Origin: Octopus bimaculoides
Taxonomy: Eukaryota
Direction: 5' to 3'
Assembly: GCF_001194135.2 (NCBI RefSeq)
Contig: NC_069004.1
Span: forward strand, 12,272,333-12,316,033
DNA: 43,701 bases
Shown: one piece after another, positions 35,026 through 43,701 of the stretch
Layout of the letters: every line of letters begins with the position of its first letter
How positions within the stretch are numbered: position 1 is the stretch's first letter
The notes under the pieces: generated by a model
Told to the model about the DNA's origin: nothing
The model's database searches: none
The model's input: the letters and a program-made list of their open reading frames with translations, nothing else
Program-made: the position numbers and the translations under genes

Positions 35026-35924
35026 GTATGTCTTCTCTGCAGTTTTCTTTATTTAATGGTCGTGTCTTAATGTTGTAAATTATTGAAGAACTAGAAACAA
35101 AAACAAAAAAAACAGTGAAAAAAGAAAAACTAAAACCTCTGTTTATAGAATGGGAATATCTCTTTTAGGTCACCAATGGGAACAAACCAGACAGCACTAA
35201 ATATCTAAGATAACTCATAAAAACCAACTTGGTTGTGTTTAAAAACTGTGAAAGTACTACAGAGTTCCACAACCTTGTCAGTTCTCTGTTGTAAAATGGG
35301 AGTTTAAAATTCCTTGACCCTGGGAGTATAGCTGTATAAAAGCAGCTGGACAAGAAGACAGAAACAAACAGTAATTCCGGATGGGGTTTCATCAAGGAAC
35401 ACTCACACATTCCCTTTAAATATATTATTATTATTATTACTATTATTATTATTATTACTACTACTACTACTACTACCACTACCATCATGTAACATAAGTA
35501 AATGTGTGTGTATGTATATGTGTATGTACAAGTACATGTGTATACATGTCTCTGTTTGTGTACAGTACATACTCTAAGTGAAGATGCATTTGAAAATGTT
35601 ACATACTTCAAAAACCTGGCTTCCTTATGGAATGGGAAAGTTTACATGTGTCTGTGGTGTTCCTGGTGTTTACCAACAGTTGTTGGTGTCAAGTTTAGAA
35701 CATACTGTTCTTAGTTCAAATATTTTTGAAATGGGTATTTTTTTTTTTTTTTTCCTGAATTCTTCTGAAGACAATGAAACATCAATGAAGAACTGGGACC
35801 CTCAATCTATAGAAATTGGTAAATCTCTTCAGAGAAATGCTTGAAAGGTTATCAACTAAAGGTAACCTAGTATTAACCTTTCCTGTATGTGAGGGAGTGA
35901 CATGGATGGTAGTAATTGGTTTCA

Positions 35925-37030
35925 AATTTTTGCACAAAGCCGGTAATTTCACAGACTGGGTTAGTCAATTTCATCGACCCCAGTACTCAACTGATACTTA
36001 TTTTATCGACCCCTAAAGGATGAAAGGTAAAGTCAACCTTGGGAGAATTTGGACTCAGAACATGAAGACATTCTGCCAGCTCACCTCCTTCGTGGATGGT
36101 AATTTTGGTTTCAAATTTTAGCACAAGACCAGCAATTTCATGGAAGTGCCATAAGTCAGTTATATCAATCCCAGTGTTCAACTGGTACTTAGTTTATTGG
36201 CCCCAGTGCTCAACTGGTACTTATTTTATTAACCCCTAAAGGATGAAAGGCAAAGTCAACCTTGGCAGAATTTGGACTCAAAACGTGAAGACCGACTAAA
36301 TGTCGCTAAGCTTTTGTCCAACATGCTAACGTTTCTTATTTCTTTATTGCCCACAAGGGGCTAAACATAGAGGGGACAAACAAGGACAGACAAAGGGATT
36401 AAGTCAATTACATCAACCCCAGTACGTAACCAGTACTTATTTAATCAACCCTGAAAGGATGAAAGGCAAAGTTGACCTCGGCGGAATTTGAACCCAGAAC
36501 GTAACGGCAAACGAAATACAGCTAAGCATTTCGCCTGGCATGCTAACAATTCTGCTTGCTCACCACCTTCAAGGATGGTAATATTGATTTCAAATTTTGG
36601 CACAAGGCCAGCAATTTCAGTGAAGTGACATAAATCAGTTATATCGATCCCAGTGTTCAACTAGTATTTATTTTATTGACCCCTAAAGCATGAAAGGCAA
36701 AATTTGACCTCGGCAGAAATTGAACTCAGAACATGAAGACGGATGATATGCCGTTAAGCATTTTGTCCAACATGTTAACAATTTTGCCAGCTTGATGCAT
36801 TCATGGATGGTAATATTGATTTCAAATTTTGGCACAAGGCCAGCAATTTCGGAGAAGGTGTGTGAATTGATTTCATCAATCCTATTGCTCAACTGGTACT
36901 TATTTTATCAATCCCAATAGGACGAAAGGCAAAGTCGACTTTGGCAGAATTTGAACTCAAATGTAAAGACTGACAAAATGCCACCAAGCATTTTGTCCCG
37001 TGTGCTAACTATTCTGCCAGCTTACCACCT
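35925..37030 (-). mobile_element. Head-to-tail array of about five SINE C units
   Basis: Units of ~170-240 bp, each joined by (C/T)(A/G)(T/A)GGATGGTAA.T.TTG.TTTCAAATTTT. Confidence 0.88.
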
Positions 37031-37066
37031 TCATGGATGGTAAAATTAACTGTTGTAAAGTTTCAC

Positions 37067-37379
37067 CATTCTCTTCACACAATAAAATTAGTAGTGTGTC
37101 CTGACAATTTTCATGTCTAGGGTAGAGTCACTCTTCACAAGGTAGGTACCTCTTACCCTTCTGTCCATGAAAGGTACTTGATTATAATCCCTATTTAAAT
37201 CAAGCACAGAATATTTAATTATTTAATTTAATTATGCTAGCAACTGATGTGCCATATGCAAATTAGCACAGCCACATCAATTAAATCCTGGTTTGTGTTT
37301 GATTTAAATAATGACTACTATAAAGTTCTAATTAAGGGCCAAAGGATGGCAGGTACTCATCCTCTGAAGTGTAGCTAAC
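37067..37379 (+). repeat. 313-bp segment, copy 1 (copy 2 at 40870-41182), flanked by a 67-bp direct repeat (37004-37070 and 37374-37440)
   Basis: Manual alignment gives about 15 substitutions and no indels between the copies, and 3 differences between the 67-bp flanks. Confidence 0.92.
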
Positions 37380-37772
37380 TATTCTGCCAGCTTTCCACCT
37401 GCATGGATGGTAAAATTAACTGTAGTAAAGTTTCACCATTTTGTCAGTCACGTATGAAAGACAAACTTTCAGTTCCATTACTTTAACCATTCTGACAGAC
37501 AATTACATTTTAATGGTTTGGGAATCTTCACTTAGAAATTATTCATAAGCTGATAGGAGAAAGAGAATAAGAAGACTGTTGATGCTGGAGGGGGATCAGG
37601 TGGGGGGGGGGAGCTGTTTCTTGGAGAGAAAGATAAGAGTTTGATATTTATCTGCTAAAATTTCAATATATTCACTGACTAGTTAATTAATCATATTTTA
37701 TTGAATCTGGTTTTAAAATACCAGCCTTTGTTAAATGACCAAATATAATGAGTGTGTCTGGGCTGGTCAGTG

Positions 37773-37835
<63 letters not shown>

Positions 37836-38667
37836 ATATATACATGTGTGTGTGGGTGTATGTTTGGTAATCCAAACAGGAAAATAGAACTTGTGTGTGT
37901 ACAAAAAAAATAGGTTTCAATTGAACCAGGCACTTAAATGGTAAGGCATCGGGGTCAGGTCAAAATTGAAATGCATACACAACAAGGATAGACGAACACA
38001 AATGCAGGTACCGAAGTACAGGCAGAAAGCTATTCAGGTTATATACAAGGTTAATTGAACCCGACTGAGTGTATACCATTAGCCCTTGCGCTAAACCAAG
38101 AAATGCACATTGTATTCTATGACCAGCAAGATTCATAGAATCATAAAGGTGCATTAGCCATTGAATTTAGAATGTTTCTAAATGTTGTTGTTCATGTATT
38201 TACCAGATGAAAATGCTTTTATTTTTTATTTGTAAAGAGGTAATGTCTCCATTAATCAATAAAAAATTTGTTGGAAACAGTTGTTGTAGTGAATTGTCAC
38301 ATTATCCATCCGTTACAATGAAGTAGAGAAATTTGAAAAGACAACACGAAACCAGTTATTTCTCAAAATACAATGTTTATATACCAAAAAGATTTTATAA
38401 CATTTTTTCTGACATAATTTAAATATATACTTTAACCATGTAACACAAGCCTTCTGTAGTTTTTTCACTCTTATTATCTTTTATATATATATCCATACAT
38501 ATATATATATACAGGGGTTTGACAAAATAATGGAAATTTGTTTGAAATTTTAGGGTGTTTCCATTATTTTGTTGAATCCCTATATACATGCCTGGGTGTG
38601 TGTGCATTAATCAGTAGAAGTTACGGAGTGGCTCTTGTGTCCACAGTTTCATTCATTGGCACTTATT

Positions 38668-39041
38668 TGTTGTTGGCACTCCGTCGCTTACGACATCGAG
38701 GGTTCCGTTGATCCGATCAATGGAAACAGCCTGCTCGTGAAATTAACGTGCAAGTGGCTGAGCACTCCACAGACACGTGTACTCTTAACGTAGTTCTTGG
38801 AGATATTCAGTGTGACAAGGCTGACCCTTTGAATTACAGGCACAACAGAAACAGGAAGTAAGAGTGAGAGAAAGTTGTGGTGGAAGAGTACAGCAGGGTT
38901 CGTCACCTTCCCCTGCCAGAGCCTCGTGGAGCTTTAGGTGTTTTCACTCAATAAACACTCACAACGCCCGATCTGGAAATCAAAGCCGCGATCCTATGAC
39001 CGCGAGTCCGCTGCCCTAACCACTGGGCCATTGCGCCTCCA
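38668..39041 (-). mobile_element. Young full-length SINE D-related element with a 14-bp TSD
   Basis: CATTGGCACTTATT at 38654-38667 and 39042-39055. The head has a TGGCCCAGTGG A-box, and CpGs are retained. Confidence 0.92.
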
Positions 39042-40869
39042 CATTGGCACTTATTAAACTATATGTAAATATAAGCACACACAAGTACACACATGCACAT
39101 GTCAGCCATAGTTTTAATGTCTGTATATCAATACAATAGTCCATAAATACCTGTTTTTTGTGTCGAGCCAACCACAACCAGCTCATAATTTATTTCAGTT
39201 AAAACGTAGTTAAGGCAATATTATTTCATGTCTTTCTTTTTAAGATGATAGCCTGTGCTTTGATGAAGACTTATCTTCTATTTCTCTCAGTTTATGTGAC
39301 CGCATAAATTTCCCTCATCAGTTTGTCTGACAGTGGGAAATAATGGTGATGGAGGAAGACATGGGAAGATGTGAAGGGGTCGAATCTTATAATGTTGGTT
39401 TTTACAGATGATGCAAAATCAAGAGGAATGCTGGTATAATATACTGCAGCTGCTGCCAACCCATACTAGCAGATAAAAGTGAACGTTAAAACACTGCAAT
39501 AGTAGTAGTGGTGGTGGCAGTGGTGTCGGTAATGATGATGAAGGGGAGGATGGTGATGACAATGATAACAATAATAATGAAGAGGAGGAGGAGGAGGATT
39601 ATTTATGTTTCAAAAATGACTCCTTCCTCTCTTGGTTGTCTTGTGACTGAACAATGTAAATGGCCAACGTAGAGCAAAATTAATTAAACTAATTAATGAT
39701 ACTATTTCATTATTTATTGTTAACCTTTACGTGCTGCTGTTTAGCTCATAAAGCCAGTGAGAGAGCATCTACGTGGACAACTTGATCTGTTAGGAATAAC
39801 AACCAAATCACTCTCAAAGTAGTATAAACCTAGATACACAATAAGACAGGTTGGTCATGGTTAGAGTACCTTTGCTCATATTCTCTATACGGTCAGAAGC
39901 ATTAATGCACATATATACAAAAGGCCAAGTCACATGTCACTTTTTTTGTTTGTTAGTTCTGCCATACTTTAGGAATATCATTTGAAGGGCAAGATGTTAT
40001 ATTAACTGGCATTTAGGGACGGAGAGAGAGAATTACAACTTAGAAGCAGTTGTTAATTGTCATACAAACCACCAAATTTAGAAATTATTATGCTGAAAAA
40101 TATTTTGTTTTTACAAATTATTTTAAGTACCATATTTCACACCAGCTGTATCCCTTTTTGCCTGCATATATATTTTTATGTCATGATTTATCTCAGCATA
40201 ATTTAAATCCCATAATTTTTGATGGATGCTCAACACTATAACCACTGTGAAGTGATTAGCATTAGGAAGGGCATCCAATTATAGAAACTACAACATTGGA
40301 GCTTAATGCAATCCTGGAACACATTAGATTCCCTCAAACCATCCAACCCATACCAGCATGGGAGAGAGGCATTAAATGCCAACAATTAAAATACCAAAGC
40401 ATGGCTGAAATGACTTTGAGTTGTTATTTTTCAAAGAAATATGTAAAAATATATTTCTTCCTCTTTCTTAATGTCTGACACAGTAGAACGGTCCCTCTCT
40501 AATAAATTATGGAATTGTAAAAATATATTTATTCTTGTTTTGTTATTTAAATTATGTTGCTTTGATAATAAAAAAAAATATTAATAACTCAACCAATTAT
40601 TTTGAAAGTTCGTCAACCAATTACTGCATATCTTTATGTATTACTCTGTTCAGTTAGCACAGATAGTTGGCAGAGCAAATCAACTGTATTAATTGGAGTT
40701 GTGCTGTGTATGCGTGTGTGTGTGTGTGTGTGTGCATATCATATATATACAGACATACATGCATATATAAACACAAGTACATAGGAGTGTACACACACAT
40801 AAACTGTAGTTAGTTTACAGTTTATAATATCTATGCTGTGGAGAGTAAACAGATGTAAATATATTTTGT

Positions 40870-41182
40870 CATTCTCTTCACACAATAAAATTAGTAGCTT
40901 GTCCTGACAATTTTCATGTCTAGGGTAGAGTCACTCTTCACAAAGTAGGTACCTCTCACCCTTCTGTCCATGAAAGGTACTTGATTATAATCACTATTTA
41001 AATCAAACACAAAATATTTAATTATTTAATTTAATTATGCTAGCAACTGATGTATCATATGCAAATTAGCGCAGCCACATCAATTAAATCCTGGTTTGTG
41101 TTTGATTTAAATAATGACTACTATCAAATTCTAATTAAGGGCCAAAGGATGGAAGGTACTCATCCCCTGAAGTGTAGTTAAC
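40870..41182 (+). repeat. 313-bp segment, copy 2
   Basis: See 37067-37379. Contains a 19-bp inverted repeat (TATTTAAATCAAACACAAA) and an ATGCAAAT octamer. Confidence 0.92.
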
Positions 41183-41299
41183 CAACCCTAAATCTCATCA
41201 GAATAGTCTCTAACGAGATGTATTTACATTTGTTTTTGTAGTGTAGCAATTATAAACTGTAGGTTAAGTATATCAAATTCATCTTAGATTTTCTAATAC

Positions 41300-41450
41300 A
41301 TACTGTTCTGAGTTCAAATTCCACTGAGGTTGACTTTGCCCTTCGTCCTTTCAGGGTCGATAAAATAAGTACCAGTCAATATAATTGGTTTCCTCCCTCC
41401 CTTGAATTTGCTGGCCTTGTGCTAAAATTTGAAATCGTTATTTATATGAA
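41300..41450 (+). mobile_element. SINE family C
   Basis: TTCTGAGTTCAAATTCC...GGGTCGATAAAATAAGTACCAG...CCTTGTGCTAAAATTTGAAA. Confidence 0.88.
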
Positions 41451-41501
41451 CTGTAACCAAGGAGAAGAACCAAACAAATACACACAAACTTGTCTCCGTA
41501 T

Positions 41502-41538
41502 TCTTTCTGTTGAAGAGCGTAGCTCGAAACGTCAAAGA
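41502..41538 (+). ncRNA. Type I minimal hammerhead-like fold (family HH-C), A6U core deviation
   Basis: TCTTT-CTGTTGA-A-GAGC-GTA-GCTC-GAAA-CG-TC-AAAGA: perfect 5-bp stem I, 4-bp stem II, ACGT palindromic stem III, GUC triplet. Confidence 0.6.
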
Positions 41539-41724
41539 CTTTCCGTATTCCCGAGCGTCATACTAATATATACTTTTGTTATTTACACCACCTGTCCTCG
41601 TCTGTTGTTATTATTTGTATATTCTCCCATATATATATATATATATATATANNNNNNNNNNTAATATATACTTTTGTTATTTACACCACCTGTCCTCGTC
41701 TGTTGTTATTATTTGTATATTCTC

Positions 41725-41769
<45 letters not shown>

Positions 41770-41998
41770 GGTTGGGCCAAAAGTCACCCGACAGTAGATT
41801 AAAATTCCATAAATATTATCTGTGATTTTGTATTGACTTGAATGGAAAAATGTGTCACTCAAGAAGGACTTCAGTTTGAACAATTTTCATGATGTTTCAT
41901 ATTTAGATTGCCTTTATTAAATTCATTCAGTTGTTAAACATAAATGAATCTTGGAATTAAATGGTTTTGATTTACTGTCAGGTGACTTTTGGCCAACC

Positions 41999-42070
<72 letters not shown>

Positions 42071-42327
42071 ACACACATGGTAGACTTTATACAGATTTCA
42101 TCTACCAGCTTTGCTGACATGTCATTGGTTAGCTTAAAAAACATTTTCCCACAGTTCCACATGGTGGGATTGAACCCTAAACCTCAATTTCAAACCAAAT
42201 TTCTTAACCAGATACCCATGCCTGTACTAACTTCACACTGGTTACTCCCACCCATTCTTTTATAATGTGAGCTACCATGTAGCTACTCTACAAGAAGCTT
42301 ATCTTGGTCTCTTCTTTCATACTCTGA

Positions 42328-43040
42328 CCCTCTTAGCATTCAGATTGCTCTGTCAAATGTACACACATATACATATATCCAGGCCTATTCCCCAATTCTT
42401 TTAGAAAGGGGTAGCCACAAGACAAACACTAGACATTCCATTCATTTCTCAGCTCAAAAAGGCGAGCCCCGTCCTATGCTCGGGTCAAGGCATAGAACGC
42501 AACCCCCAATATCAGCAGCAGGGCCCAACAGCATACGCTGGTTTAGCCCTGCCGCATCATGCTGGTTTCGTACCCCTCTGAGCCGAGCCTTCTTATCATT
42601 TAGAAACTCTCTTGCCTCTCTCACCTCTAACTACCAAAGCTTGCCTCACTCTGTCCATCCACAAAAACCGAGGTTTGTTTCTGGTTCTGCTGCCTACCAC
42701 TTCTGCCTTCATCATCCTCCTTACCCTTGGCATGGGTTGGACGGGATCTGATGACAAGCCAGAGGGCTGTGTCAAGCTCCAATGTTTACTTTGGTATAGT
42801 TTCTATGGCTGGATGCCCTTCCTAATGCCAACCACTTTCAAATGTAATGCTTATATATTCACATTGTTTTGAATTAATCTTGTATTGTCTCACAGCTTTG
42901 AGGTTTTGATGATGTGAGTATATAACGTTTTAGAATGTCATTGTAGTGTAGTTGTGAGAGGTCAGAGCTGGCTGGTTTGAACATAAAAAAAGGTAGAAGA
43001 TTTGGATATTCTACCTTTGGCCAGATTAAATGCCAAAGGG
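42328..43040 (+). mobile_element. piggyBac-type MITE interrupted at 42362-42837
   Basis: Left end CCCTCTTAGCATTCAGATT, right end AATGCCAAAGGG|TTAA. The insert is flanked by a TCAAATGTA duplication (42353-42361 and 42838-42846). Confidence 0.75.
42362..42724 (-). mobile_element. 3' end of an RTE-clade LINE (ORF C-terminus, 3' UTR, microsatellite tail)
   Basis: VRRMMKAEVVGSRTRNKPRFLWMDRVRQALVVRG matches the RTE C-terminal pattern G.R.RGRPR..WMDGVK.AL..RG. Confidence 0.8.
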
Positions 43041-43094
43041 TTAATCCTCCATCTCCTCTCCACTGTAACTACTCCCCAACACAATGTAAAAAGG

Positions 43095-43310
43095 ATTTTA
43101 ATCTTACAAGCTGCATGGTGACCTCACTAGTGCTGTTGCCATAAGAAAAAAAAGCACCTAGTACACTCTGTAAAGTGGTTGGCATTAGGAAGGGCATCCA
43201 GCCATAGAAACCATACCAAAGTATACATTGGAGCTTGACGCAGACCTCTGGCTTGTCGTCAGATCCCGTCCAACCCATGCCAACATGGAAAACAGATGTT
43301 AAAAGTTGTT
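43095..43310 (+). mobile_element. SINE family B; 111 bp of it recur inverted at 42727-42837
   Basis: B modules. Manual alignment gives 5 differences in 111 bp versus the inverted copy. Confidence 0.9.
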
Positions 43311-43315
43311 GTTAG

Positions 43316-43359
<44 letters not shown>

Positions 43360-43701
43360 GCACACACAAACCCAGACTAATATTTTGTTGATTACCTTGC
43401 CATTATAACTGTAATTAATTCAACACTTAATCAATATGTTGCTGCTGCTGCTACTGCTACCACTCCTCTGTATAGTTCCATTTGTATTGGAAAATGGTAC
43501 AGCAGAGCAGCAAGGGAAGTTTGTAATTTTCTCATCTCATTGTGGTGATTCCAGAACCTTCAGAAATTACTTACCATCATTGTATTGGTGGCGGGGTGGT
43601 AGTGGTAGTGGTGGTGGTGGTGGTGGGGTGGAGAGTCAAGAGGAAGTAGTTTGACCTTTCTCCTAATCTGTCTGTTGTCTGTAACAGGGTGGAGGTGGTA
43701 G

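Noticed and set aside
38102-38156. Pre-miRNA-like hairpin
   Set aside because: Large asymmetric internal loop and no basal stem extension.
16608-39041. tRNA genes at A-box/B-box segments (for example 16608, 16783, 27322, 33481, 39030)
   Set aside because: No complete cloverleaf. Most run directly into SINE bodies, so they are treated as SINE heads.
41564-41760. Direct repeat of ~85 bp around a 10-N gap
   Set aside because: Same artefact, caused by uncertain microsatellite length.
1-43701. Most ORFs in the supplied track ([18 protein letters not shown], poly-X, SINE translations)
   Set aside because: They are translations of microsatellites, N-gaps or SINE consensus and show no protein-family signal.
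1-43701. CRISPR array, rRNA, or prokaryotic operon or terminator features
   Set aside because: None seen. The window is eukaryotic repeat-rich DNA.

Overview
Eukaryotic, AT-rich, repeat-dominated intronic or intergenic DNA from a gapped short-read assembly with ten N-gaps, mostly abutting microsatellites. The SINE families match my recollection of the Octopus (coleoid cephalopod) repertoire, so the taxon is an inference. No host protein-coding gene can be named. Most ORF-track entries are microsatellite, N-gap or SINE artefacts, and only low-confidence candidate exons are visible. Well supported elements: four tRNA-head or RTE-tail SINE families (working labels A-D, dozens of copies); decayed remnants of a mariner transposase, two Penelope-like elements (RT region and GIY-YIG end), an APE-RT LINE, an R4/Dong-type 3' end sitting in (TAA)n and an RTE 3' end; Helentron-type (HINE) and piggyBac-type MITEs. 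The most striking unexplained signal is a set of minimal type I hammerhead ribozyme folds in three different non-coding repeat families (248-290 and 20568-20603; 33852-33893 and 34180-34220; 41502-41538). The first pair shows a fully covaried palindromic stem III. This suggests Penelope-associated, retrozyme-like non-autonomous elements. Also noted: a textbook recursive splice-site motif, several long fold-back structures, and two apparent templated or chimeric insertions.
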